Shown piece after piece: positions 15,931 to 24,000 of a stretch of DNA of 24,000 bases. The notes beneath the pieces were generated by a model that was not told the DNA's origin, did not search any database, and saw only the letters and a list, made by a program, of their open reading frames with translations. Positions within the stretch are counted from its first letter, which is position 1. Each line of letters opens with the position of its first letter. The DNA comes from Desulfurococcales archaeon (GTDB taxonomy: Archaea; Thermoproteota; Thermoprotei_A; Sulfolobales; Fervidicoccaceae), in NCBI GenBank assembly GCA_009904015.1, contig WYEQ01000012.1, forward strand, positions 131,188 to 155,187, read 5' to 3'. The position numbers were made by a program, and so were the translations under genes.

Positions 15931-17004
15931 TTGGGCATATTCAAATCGAAAATAGAAAAAGCAATTAAGGGTTATTCTTTTGATGACGTTCTGCTTGTTC
16001 CATCCTACAGTGATGTAAAGCTTGAGGAGATAGACGTTTCCACAAGAATAGCTAATGGTCTTACGCTGAAGATACCTATCATAAGCTCCCCAATGGATAC
16101 TGTGACTGGAAGAGACATGGTTTTATCCCTTGGAAAACTCGGCGGGCTCGGAGTAGTGCCAAGAAACATCGACGTTGAGGCAGTGATATCAATTGTTCGT
16201 GAGGCAGTGGAAAAAAACGTTCCTGTAGGCGTTGCTGTAGGCCCGTTTGATGATGAAAGAGTGGAAAAAGCGGTTAGCTCCGGTGCATCTATAATAGTAA
16301 TTGATACAGCTCATGGGCACTCTAAAAACGTTATTGATGCGACCAAAAGGTACTCGAGACACGGCGTGCCTGTGATGGCTGGCAACATAGTGACTTCAGA
16401 GGCAGCTGAGGCATTAATACATGCAGGAGCCTCCTCACTGAGGGTAGGTGTTGGGCCAGGACATGCGTGCGTAACGAGAGAGGTGACGGGAGTCGGGTAT
16501 CCACAGCTATCAGCTATTGCGGAGGTCTCAGATATAGCGTCTGAGCACGGCGTGAGCGTCATCGCTGATGGCGGGATAGAGAAGCCGGGAGACATCGTTA
16601 AGGCAATAGCTACAGGAGCGGATGCAGTTATGCTTGGCTATCTTTTAGCGGGCTCGGACGAGTCTCCTACACAGAAGATTATTGTGAACGGTGAATGCTA
16701 TAAGCCTTATAGAGGCATGGGTAGCAAGACATCCCTGAGCAGAGGCTCAACGAGGTACGGCTCATTCAAAAGTGTTCCCGAGGGAGCCGAGGGGCTCGTT
16801 AGGTGTACAGGCCCAGTTAAAAAGACCATAGAGTACCTAGTAGGAAGCTTGAAGCAGGGAATGGGCTATGTCGGGGCAAGAACAATAGAAGAACTGAAAA
16901 CCAAATCAAGGTTCATCATAGTGTCTGGAGGGACCTACCGCGAGGGAGGCCCAAGAGGACTAATCGAGGCAAAAGGCTCATGGGAACAATTGAGTTCGAT
17001 GTAG
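15931..17004 (+). CDS. guaB: IMP dehydrogenase catalytic core lacking the CBS (Bateman) subdomain
   Basis: 357 aa with a TTG start. It is collinear with IMPDH: FDDVLLVPS, SSPMDTVT, VIDTAHGHS, active-site loop GVGPGHACVT (Cys present), IADGGI, MLGYLLAG..ESP, YRGMGS, ..STRY..VPEGAEG (flap Arg-Tyr), GMGYVGA. The ~120-aa CBS pair normally found after GGLG(I/V)..(K/R)N is absent. Confidence 0.82.
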   Translation: MGIFKSKIEKAIKGYSFDDVLLVPSYSDVKLEEIDVSTRIANGLTLKIPIISSPMDTVTGRDMVLSLGKLGGLGVVPRNIDVEAVISIVREAVEKNVPVGVAVGPFDDERVEKAVSSGASIIVIDTAHGHSKNVIDATKRYSRHGVPVMAGNIVTSEAAEALIHAGASSLRVGVGPGHACVTREVTGVGYPQLSAIAEVSDIASEHGVSVIADGGIEKPGDIVKAIATGADAVMLGYLLAGSDESPTQKIIVNGECYKPYRGMGSKTSLSRGSTRYGSFKSVPEGAEGLVRCTGPVKKTIEYLVGSLKQGMGYVGARTIEELKTKSRFIIVSGGTYREGGPRGLIEAKGSWEQLSSM

Positions 17005-18089
17005 CCTTGATAAATGGAAAACTAATTTACGATGGAAAGGTCACTCTGCCCATAGAGTATGATGGCTTCGCTAAGACCCTGGTAACACCTGGCTTCGCGG
17101 ATGCTCATGCTCATCCACAAGTAATAGATGTTGGTAAGAAAAGAAGATATAAAAATAGCTATGATTGGATAAAGAGAAGGAAATTAAGGATTGATGAAAA
17201 AGCCATTAGGGAGGATCCCGACATATCGAGCAGGCTTGCGGCAGCTACTATGCTTTTATCCATTTTTGATGGGGTAACCCTTATAGCTTTGACTGGTAGT
17301 GTCCAGGGCAACGTGTTGGCTCTTCGGAGCATCTATGTTCATCCAAGGGTGGTTCTACAACCAACAATACTTGATAGAAAGGGTTGGCTATCCCCTCAGG
17401 AATTCCTTTATGTTATGCAGAGCTTCTTGGCGGAGAGCAGAAATGTTTATGTTGGATTATTTCTTCATTCGCTGGGCCTTGCATCCCTGGATACTGTTAG
17501 AACAACTATTAGGATAGCCAAAGAGAAAGACTTGATTATGGCAATGCATTTAAGCGAGGGTGTTTATGAATCTCAAACTATGCGTGAATTAGCCGCGATG
17601 AATGATTTTGATGCTAAAAGCCAGTTAGTGGTGGTTCATTGCTTCACCGAGCCCAGCAACTGTAAAAAGCTGTTCAGGGGGGTTGTGAGCTGCCCCACAA
17701 GCAATATGTATTTGTATGGAAGAACTATTAGGTCCCCCAGCAACTATGATGCGCTTGGCAGTGATTGGCCGCTCGTTACAGGCACTCTCAGAACAGCTCT
17801 AAGCCAAGCACACACTGTCTCTGTACGAAGAACACTCGACGTGCTGATTAATGCAACCATTGGGGGATACAGAATATACGGTGTTGATTGGGTCGGCGAT
17901 GCTCTTATATTTGACTCCGACCTTGCCAAGGTGCTGGAAAGCCCTGCTGAGAAACCCAAGTACGTCTTTCTTGATGGAAGAGAAGTGATAAGGGAAGGAA
18001 CGATAAACGGTAGTTTTGATTATAGATACGTGGAGAAAATGAAAGAGAACGTAATAAAACAAGCATTCGAGAAATACCCAGTTCGGTGA
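16980..18089 (+). CDS. metal-dependent amidohydrolase of the deaminase/chlorohydrolase (ATZ/TRZ, guanine/cytosine deaminase-like) type
   Basis: 369 aa, overlapping the guaB end by 25 nt. The ligand set is FADAHAHP (HxH), MHLSEG (H..E), VVVHCF (His) and GSDWP (Asp). The substrate is not assignable by eye. Confidence 0.78.
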   Translation: MGTIEFDVALINGKLIYDGKVTLPIEYDGFAKTLVTPGFADAHAHPQVIDVGKKRRYKNSYDWIKRRKLRIDEKAIREDPDISSRLAAATMLLSIFDGVTLIALTGSVQGNVLALRSIYVHPRVVLQPTILDRKGWLSPQEFLYVMQSFLAESRNVYVGLFLHSLGLASLDTVRTTIRIAKEKDLIMAMHLSEGVYESQTMRELAAMNDFDAKSQLVVVHCFTEPSNCKKLFRGVVSCPTSNMYLYGRTIRSPSNYDALGSDWPLVTGTLRTALSQAHTVSVRRTLDVLINATIGGYRIYGVDWVGDALIFDSDLAKVLESPAEKPKYVFLDGREVIREGTINGSFDYRYVEKMKENVIKQAFEKYPVR

Positions 18090-18098
18090 AAAACAGTT

Positions 18099-19655
18099 AT
18101 GAGCGTGGGGATAATAGACTTCGGGGGCCAGTACACGCATCTCATCGCTAGAAGATGCAGGGGGCTGGGGTACAGAAGCGTCGTTGTACCATTCTTCTCT
18201 AATATTGATGATGAAATTGAAAAAGAAAATATAAGAGCCCTCATTATATCTGGCGGTCCCCGTAGCGTGGACGAAGAAGAGATGTTTGCCAGGGTAGCAA
18301 TAAAGGTAGTGGAGAAAGCTAAAAGGGGCATACCAGTTCTCGGCATATGTTTTGGTCATCAGCTTATTGCATATGTGATGGGTGGAAGAGTCGAGAAGCG
18401 CGTTAAAAGCGAGTTTGGCGAAACAAAAGTAAATGTAATGACAAACGATACGCTCTTCGATGGTGTTCCTAGCGTTTTTACTGCTTGGATGTCCCATAAC
18501 GACACAGTCACCTCTCTGCCGGAGGACCTGGTGGTGCTCGCGATCAGCGAAAATAATGCTATAGCGGCCTTCAGGCATAGAGAACTGCCTATTTATGGGG
18601 TTCAGTTCCACCCAGAGGTTGCACACACTGAGCATGGATTAAATATACTAAGTAATTTCCTATCAAAAGTTGCTGGCTTAACCCCTACCTGGAACCCTAC
18701 TTCGGCTATCGATGAAATAATCAATGAAATAAGGGCTAAATACCCAACAGGCAACGCCTTGGTTGCCGTGAGCGGCGGCGTTGATTCTATAACCACGGCC
18801 GTTGTGATGCTCAAGGCCCTAGGGCCTGATAGAGTACACGTTCTGTTTATTGACACGGGATTAATGAGAGAAGGCGAAGCTGATTTTGTAAGGAATGCCT
18901 TGGCAGAGATCGGCTTCAAAAACATCCACATTGTCGATGCTTCACAGCGCTTCATAAGAGCGTTGAAGGGGGTAAGCGATCCTGAGGAGAAAAGAAGAGT
19001 TATAGCTGAGAAGTTCAAGGAGGTGTTCGAAGAAGCAATTGAAAATCTCGAGAAGAATTACGGAAAATTCATTGTGTTTGGGCAGGGAACGATATATCCT
19101 GATAGAATAGAGTCGGGTAAAGCGGGTGCCGGCTCAACGAAGATTAAGAGTCATCATAACGTTGTTATGGAATCTCTACGAGGAGTAGCTATGGTTGAGC
19201 CGCTGGCTGAGTTCTATAAGGATGAGGTAAGGGTAATCGCCACTCATCTAGGAGTGCCCAGCCGCATAGTTAATAGGCATCCTTTCCCTGGCCCTGGATT
19301 AGCCGTGAGAATTCTGGGTGAAATCGATGAGGATAAACTGAGAATTATTAAAAAAGCTACCCAGATAGTCGAGGAAATACTGGTTGAGGAAGGGCTTTAT
19401 GATAAGCTGTGGCAGGCTTTCCCCGTTTTACTACCAGTTAAGAGCGTCGGGGTAAAGGGTGATTCAAGGGCGTACGGATACATTATTTCCTTAAGAGCTG
19501 TTGAGAGCGTTGATGCCATGACAGCGAGCTTCGCTAAGCTTCCGTGGGAGCTGCTATCTAAGATTGCGAGCAGAATAGTCAGCGAGATACCGGAGGTGGT
19601 GAGGGTGGTTTATGACGTAACTAACAAGCCTCCAGCAACAATTGAGTACGAGTAG
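18099..19655 (+). CDS. guaA: GMP synthase (glutamine-hydrolysing), fused GATase + ATP-PPase + dimerisation domains
   Basis: 518 aa. Class I GATase motifs: GICFGHQL with catalytic Cys, and HPE. PP-loop SGGVDS. C-terminal KPPATIEYE as in canonical GuaA. Confidence 0.95.
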   Translation: MSVGIIDFGGQYTHLIARRCRGLGYRSVVVPFFSNIDDEIEKENIRALIISGGPRSVDEEEMFARVAIKVVEKAKRGIPVLGICFGHQLIAYVMGGRVEKRVKSEFGETKVNVMTNDTLFDGVPSVFTAWMSHNDTVTSLPEDLVVLAISENNAIAAFRHRELPIYGVQFHPEVAHTEHGLNILSNFLSKVAGLTPTWNPTSAIDEIINEIRAKYPTGNALVAVSGGVDSITTAVVMLKALGPDRVHVLFIDTGLMREGEADFVRNALAEIGFKNIHIVDASQRFIRALKGVSDPEEKRRVIAEKFKEVFEEAIENLEKNYGKFIVFGQGTIYPDRIESGKAGAGSTKIKSHHNVVMESLRGVAMVEPLAEFYKDEVRVIATHLGVPSRIVNRHPFPGPGLAVRILGEIDEDKLRIIKKATQIVEEILVEEGLYDKLWQAFPVLLPVKSVGVKGDSRAYGYIISLRAVESVDAMTASFAKLPWELLSKIASRIVSEIPEVVRVVYDVTNKPPATIEYE

Positions 19656-19657
19656 CA

Positions 19658-20554
19658 ATGAACATATACCAAGGAAGATTACTCAGGCTTTTTGACCCAT
19701 GGCGCAGCCCTCTCTGCACATGTCCAGTCAAATACTCTTTGCATCCATACACTGGTTGCTCGCACAAATGCCTCTACTGCTATGCGACAGCATACATTGG
19801 TCTAAGAGAAAGTACTCCTAAAAAGAACTTCATTGAAAACCTAAGAAAAGAGCTTGACAAGGCAAACAGAAACATAATCGTTGAGATGAGCACGAGCAGC
19901 GATCCTTACCCGCCAATCGAGGATAAGCTTAGGCTTACCAGACAGACCCTTAAGGAGTTGTTTAGAAGAGGATTCAGGGTATTGATAACAACAAAGTCTA
20001 GCTTGGTTACAAGAGATCTTGATTTGTTATCGGCTAACAGGAGCGCTGTTATGATAACCATCACCACCTTGGACAAAAGGCTATCTGAAATAATAGAGCC
20101 CGGAGCTCCCCCGCCAAGCGAAAGATTATTAGCCTTGAAAGAGCTCGCCAAAAAGGGCGTTCCCGTGGGAGCTCGGGTGGACCCTGTTATACCTTTCGTT
20201 AACGATGACCCAGCGGAACTTTCACTGCTTGTCGAGAAACTCCAGGAAGTCGGAGTAAAACATGTGGTTACTTCTACCTACAAGGCTAAGCCTGATAGCT
20301 ATAGAAGAATAGTGTCAGCTTTACCCGAGCTTGAGGATAAGCTTAGGAACATTTATTTTAAAGAAAAAACCTATGTTTCGGGGTACTACTACTTGTCTCT
20401 CGATGTGAGGATGAAATTGCTCAGACCAGTGGTTAACTTGGCGCGGAAATTAGGGCTGTCCTACGCGACGTGCAGGGAAGGCTTAGTTACAAAAGAGTTT
20501 TTCTCGGCTAGAAGCTGTGATGGCTCGCATCTTCTGTCCTATTCATCGCCCTAA
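19658..20554 (+). CDS. radical SAM protein, COG1533 / SplB-like (DNA photolyase-like) family
   Basis: 298 aa, starting 2 nt after the guaA stop. The cluster is GC34-SHK-C38-LY-C41-YA. The N-terminal placement of the cluster and the overall size resemble the SPL/ELP3-like small radical SAM family. Confidence 0.78.
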   Translation: MNIYQGRLLRLFDPWRSPLCTCPVKYSLHPYTGCSHKCLYCYATAYIGLRESTPKKNFIENLRKELDKANRNIIVEMSTSSDPYPPIEDKLRLTRQTLKELFRRGFRVLITTKSSLVTRDLDLLSANRSAVMITITTLDKRLSEIIEPGAPPPSERLLALKELAKKGVPVGARVDPVIPFVNDDPAELSLLVEKLQEVGVKHVVTSTYKAKPDSYRRIVSALPELEDKLRNIYFKEKTYVSGYYYLSLDVRMKLLRPVVNLARKLGLSYATCREGLVTKEFFSARSCDGSHLLSYSSP

Positions 20555-20579
20555 AGGACCAGGACTCGCTAAGAGGAGG

Positions 20580-21035
20580 TTAGTCTAAGCAAATAGCTTT
20601 AATTCCTTCTTTGCCAACTATTTCACAGAGCTTTTTATCAGCAGTGTAGAACTCTGATGCATTTATGCTTCTTAATGATGCGATTTGTATCGCATCAGCT
20701 TCGTAAATATGATAATTCTCGATGAGTCTCCAACTCTCAACAACTATGCTTAGCTTTACCGGAACTATCTTAAGAATCTCCAGCTTCAACATCCTGATGG
20801 TTTCGCTCAAGAACATTTTTCTAGAGGCTTTATACTCATTATCTCCAAGCCATCCCTTCTGTCGATACTTATCCAGAACACCTAGAACTTCACCGATGTT
20901 CCATAGAGAAAAGGATATCTTAGCTTCTCCATTCCATGCACTTAGGTATAGAGCTTTAACTACCTCGGTTCCTCGCTCGAGAACGTATCGCTTGACTATA
21001 GCGCTGGTATCTAAATACACAATCTTGGCATTCAA
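20580..21035 (-). CDS. vapC: PIN-domain toxin (VapC-like)
   Basis: 151 aa. The acidic quartet pattern is VYLDTSA, GEVLGVL, YEADAIQ and YTADKKL. It overlaps the upstream small gene by 4 nt (ATGA). Confidence 0.85.
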   Translation of the reverse strand: MNAKIVYLDTSAIVKRYVLERGTEVVKALYLSAWNGEAKISFSLWNIGEVLGVLDKYRQKGWLGDNEYKASRKMFLSETIRMLKLEILKIVPVKLSIVVESWRLIENYHIYEADAIQIASLRSINASEFYTADKKLCEIVGKEGIKAICLD

Positions 21036-21295
21036 TACCTCGGCTCCCTCAACTCCTTAACAATCTTTTCAGCGGCTGTTTCCACCAATGGCTTAACAGG
21101 TTCAACATTCTGAATTAACTCATCGTTTACAAGTTCGCTCAATCCTTCCACAACCTTCTCAACCACAAGCTCTTCTCTAATCATCTCCTCAATAATACCG
21201 CTAACCTCATCTATACCTTCCTCTAGGAGCCTGGATTTAAACTTGTTCCATAAGTCCTTATCCACAACAATAGTTGTTTTAACCTTTCTATCCAT
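21032..21295 (-). CDS. vapB: VapB-type antitoxin (RHH/CopG-like N-terminus)
   Basis: 87 aa. KTTIVVDKDLWNKFKSRLLEEG resembles an RHH strand-helix. It has an acidic C-terminal tail and a 4-nt overlap with vapC. Confidence 0.7.
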   Translation of the reverse strand: MDRKVKTTIVVDKDLWNKFKSRLLEEGIDEVSGIIEEMIREELVVEKVVEGLSELVNDELIQNVEPVKPLVETAAEKIVKELREPRY

Positions 21296-21722
21296 ACATA
21301 ATACCTTCTATAAGTATATATTTCTAGACAGCCTTATAAATTTGATGAAGCGAAGGTCATGTATAAAAAAAGCTTATTTATATGTTCAATTTTAGATGTA
21401 CCAATATTTATGGTTGTTTCTTTTAGCTGTTTGTTCGAAGGAATAGAGTTCTTATTTCGAGAATGTTTAATCATTGCATCTTCTCTTCATGAGTTTTTTA
21501 ATGGGCAAGAGGGCGGTCTGGTTTCTCTAACCATGGAAGACGTGTTATCTGTTACACTATAAATCATAATCTATGGTTCTTGTTAATCAAAGCTCGTTGC
21601 AAAGAAGAATCAAGTGGCGAATATTTTGTTATTGTTTCGAGCTTCTATTAATCCTCATAATCGATAAGACCGCATTTAAGTTGTTAAAACCTAGTTGAAT
21701 GAAAAGATATTAAAAAAAGTGT

Positions 21723-23423
21723 TTATCCCGTGAAGTATGCCTTAAAGAAGTAGACTTGCTCGCCGTCAACATGTATTTGGTATCCTGCCAGCTTGCTCGT
21801 TGATGCGTAGAAGTTCTTCTGTGTGTACAGGAATATCCATGGTGCGTCCTTCCATATTATCTCAATGGCTTGCTTGTAAAGCTCTTTTCTCTTGTTATCA
21901 TCTGTCTCCCTAGCTGCTTGTAACAATAGGTTGTCAACAACGCTGTTGTTGTAGTGAGCGGCTGCCAGTCCTTTTGGTGGTGCGTTCGTTGATAGGAATT
22001 GGCCGTTCAATGTGAAGTAGGCATCAGCAACGAAGGCTCCCCAGCCAAGCAACACCGCGTCGAAGGTTTTCTGGTCAAGCGGCTTCAGCAACTCGCTCAC
22101 GAATGATGGCCAGTCCATTGTTTTGAGCTCAACTTGTACTCCTATTTGTGAGAGATATGCTTGTATTGCCTCAGCTACCTGCTTATCCATGAGGTATCTT
22201 CCAGTTGGGTGCAACAGAACCATCTTGAATCCGTTTGGGTAGCCCGCCTGTGCTAGGAGCTCCTTGGCTTTTTGTGGGTTGTAGTCATATTTCGGCATAG
22301 GCACGTATCCGAAGAAGTGTGATGGAAGCGGCGAGTCCGCCTCGACGGCTAGGCCAAACAGGATGTTCTGTATTATAGCATTTTTGTCGACAGCGTAGTT
22401 AAGCGCTTGTCTCACTAGCGGGTCTGCCAATGGTCCTTTCGGTAATAACGCTATAAATATAACCCTGTTGCTCGTTGGTGTAAGAACCGTTATTCCGGGA
22501 GAGGCCTTAAGTCTGTCAAGGTCGGTTGCGGGAAGGTTGTAGGCGAAGTCAACGTCTCCTGCGAGAAGGGCCGTCACTCTTGTTGATGCCTCAGGTATAA
22601 TGTACCACTCTATTCTCTGGATTAGTGGTTTTTCGCCCCAGAACTCATCGAAGCGTTCTAGAACGACTCTTTTACCCTTCTCCCATGCAACAAACCTGAA
22701 TGGGCCTGTGCCGGCCGGCTGCTCAATCGTGCTGTTGCCATACTTCTTTATTGCCTCCTTGCTGGCTATCAGTAGATAAGAGGCCAGTGACCTGAGGAAA
22801 GGCGCGAAGGGCTCCTTCAGGTAAACCTTAACCGTGTATTGGTCAACCACCTCAACGTGGTCTACTGGTCCTAGCTGAGACCTGAGAGGAACCTTAACCG
22901 TGGGGTCAAGCCATCTATCAAAGTTCATTTTAACCGTCTCGGCATCAAGCATTGAGCCGTCATGGAACTTCACCCCTTTTCTCAGGTAAAGTGTGTACAC
23001 TAACCCATCGCTTGAGACCTCCCACCTCTCCGCTAAGCACGGCACAACCTCCCCCTTTTCATTTAGAGCTACTAATGGCTCGTACACATGCCTCATAACG
23101 TTGAAGACCGTCGTGGTTGTTTGGCCGTGAGGGTCAACGGTGTCGAGATCGGTTCCAATAGCTACTTTCAGCAGGGTCTTAGCAGTGGTGGGAGTGGTCT
23201 GCGTCGCTATAGTCGTAGTGGTTGTTTGGGTTTGCGTTGGAGAAGGGGTTGTCGTTGGTGATGGTGTGGTTGCAGTCTGGGTAGGAGTCGCTGTTTCTCC
23301 TCCTTTCCTTGTTGCTAACACTCCTGCTACAGCCACCACCACTATCAAGGCCACTATTGCTATGATTAGGGTCGTGGAAAGGGCTTTCTCCGTTTTTACA
23401 TTTGAAGATTTAAATTGTGGCAT
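21723..23423 (-). CDS. ABC transporter substrate-binding protein, family 5 (peptide/nickel; OppA/DppA/NikA-like), membrane-anchored
   Basis: 566 aa. An N-terminal TM helix and Thr/Pro/Gln-rich linker are followed by family-5 motifs (LKVAIGTDLDTVDPH, EPLV, LAERWEVSSDG..YT..LRKGVKFHDG, GTGPF.F..W). Confidence 0.88.
   Translation of the reverse strand: MPQFKSSNVKTEKALSTTLIIAIVALIVVVAVAGVLATRKGGETATPTQTATTPSPTTTPSPTQTQTTTTTIATQTTPTTAKTLLKVAIGTDLDTVDPHGQTTTTVFNVMRHVYEPLVALNEKGEVVPCLAERWEVSSDGLVYTLYLRKGVKFHDGSMLDAETVKMNFDRWLDPTVKVPLRSQLGPVDHVEVVDQYTVKVYLKEPFAPFLRSLASYLLIASKEAIKKYGNSTIEQPAGTGPFRFVAWEKGKRVVLERFDEFWGEKPLIQRIEWYIIPEASTRVTALLAGDVDFAYNLPATDLDRLKASPGITVLTPTSNRVIFIALLPKGPLADPLVRQALNYAVDKNAIIQNILFGLAVEADSPLPSHFFGYVPMPKYDYNPQKAKELLAQAGYPNGFKMVLLHPTGRYLMDKQVAEAIQAYLSQIGVQVELKTMDWPSFVSELLKPLDQKTFDAVLLGWGAFVADAYFTLNGQFLSTNAPPKGLAAAHYNNSVVDNLLLQAARETDDNKRKELYKQAIEIIWKDAPWIFLYTQKNFYASTSKLAGYQIHVDGEQVYFFKAYFTG
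23175..23294 (-). repeat. low-complexity region encoding the Thr/Pro/Gln-rich linker (residues 44-83)
   Basis: It translates to TATPTQTATTPSPTTTPSPTQTQTTTTTIATQTTPTTAKT, the same design as the PstS linker. Confidence 0.85.
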
Positions 23424-23494
23424 GGTTTCCCCACGCTATTGTGATGGGAAAAATAAGTTTATAATGTTTTATAAAATTTTCGTTACTCCAGCAA

Positions 23495-24000
23495 CTATTC
23501 CTCCTCAAGGGCCCTGTGACAAGCAACCCATCTGTTCTTCGCGAGCTCGGACAGGGGAGGATCCTCCTCGAAGCATTTATCTCTCGCTATCGGGCACCTC
23601 GTGTTGAACCTGCACCCTTTGGGTGGATTAACTGGGCTCGGGGGCTCCCCTCTAGCTTTGTACTTATCGTTCCTGTAGTATCCTATGAGGCTTGCTGTGG
23701 GGCTGCTTGTCAATAGCATCCTTGTGTATGGGTGTAGAGGCCTCCTAAAAACAGACTCGGTATCACCGTACTCAACTATTCTTCCAAGATACATGACAGC
23801 TATTTTATCGCTAATGGACCACACAAGCCCCATGTCATGCGTTATAAACACTATCGTTAAATCGTACTTATCCTTTACATCAATCAATACGTTTAATACC
23901 TGTGCTCTAACGCTGACATCCAGAGCAGATACAATTTCATCAGCGATTAATACTTCGGGATTCATGGCGAGCGCCCTGGCAATAGCCACTCTTTGCTTTT
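23495..24000 (-). CDS. oligopeptide/dipeptide/nickel ABC transporter ATP-binding protein (OppF/DppF-like), 3' part; continues beyond the window
   Basis: The frame stays open to the window edge (..KQRVAIARALAMNPEVLIADE = end of the signature motif plus Walker B). H-loop is ITHDM. The C-terminal oligopeptide-transporter extension has Cys residues (GCRFNTRCP...C). The Met at 23989 in the ORF track is internal. Confidence 0.9.
   Translation of the reverse strand, partial: KQRVAIARALAMNPEVLIADEIVSALDVSVRAQVLNVLIDVKDKYDLTIVFITHDMGLVWSISDKIAVMYLGRIVEYGDTESVFRRPLHPYTRMLLTSSPTASLIGYYRNDKYKARGEPPSPVNPPKGCRFNTRCPIARDKCFEEDPPLSELAKNRWVACHRALEEE

Noticed and set aside
17799-18635. Long 278-aa minus-strand ORF
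   Set aside because: It is entirely antisense to two strongly supported genes (the amidohydrolase 3' end and the guaA 5' half). The translated sequence is Cys/His/Tyr/Phe-rich with no domain pattern, so it is a shadow ORF.
9900-20500. Apparent GC heterogeneity, suggesting a horizontally acquired island. Hand counts of single 60-nt lines gave about 33-42% in pst/phoU versus about 43-60% in the radical SAM and guaB genes
   Set aside because: This rests on a handful of hand-counted lines. The Gly/Ala-rich enzyme cores explain much of the difference. There are no integrase, att repeats or tRNA-end duplication. It needs a proper sliding-window or codon-usage computation before any claim.
19658-20554. 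Small radical SAM next to a nucleotide-synthesis gene considered as a prokaryotic viperin (antiviral ddh-nucleotide synthase)
   Set aside because: The cluster context GCSHKCLYCYA and overall pattern fit the COG1533/SplB-like family rather than the viperin CNxxCxYCF N-terminus. No kinase or defence neighbours support it.
21359-21562. 67-aa plus-strand ORF in the long spacer
   Set aside because: It has no recognisable motif, it follows a TATA-like region that more plausibly serves vapBA on the other strand, and the sequence is biased. It is kept only as a possibility under the spacer finding.

Overview
The window looks like archaeal chromosome, probably from a hyperthermophilic crenarchaeon (Thermoproteota). 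That placement is inference from four things: AT-rich TATA-like boxes about 30 nt upstream of start codons (short or no leaders), several TTG starts, membrane-anchored solute-binding proteins with Thr-rich linkers, and an AbrB-PhoU regulator. I saw no CRISPR array, rRNA, transposase or integrase. Gene content from left to right: a partial hydrolase-like gene, nadE, an M20 peptidase/deacylase, an orphan Zn-finger-like ORF and tRNA-Leu(UAA). Next comes a complete pstSCAB phosphate-uptake operon with a divergent AbrB-PhoU regulator, then a wHTH protein with a degenerate phosphoribosyltransferase-like domain and a tail-anchored orphan. The most unusual locus spans about 9.9-15.7 kb. It holds two different B12-binding-domain radical SAM enzymes bracketing a 78-aa two-Cys (TusA-like?) protein, followed by a DUF123/GIY-YIG-like gene, a divergent SagB-type (nitroreductase-fold) protein with degenerate cofactor motifs, and a NikR with all four Ni ligands. 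After that lies a tightly coupled purine block: IMP dehydrogenase lacking the CBS module, an amidohydrolase, fused GMP synthase and a COG1533/SplB-like radical SAM. The window ends with a vapBC pair, a family-5 (peptide/nickel) ABC binding protein and the 3' part of its ATPase. All functional calls come from motif recognition by eye; no database search was run.
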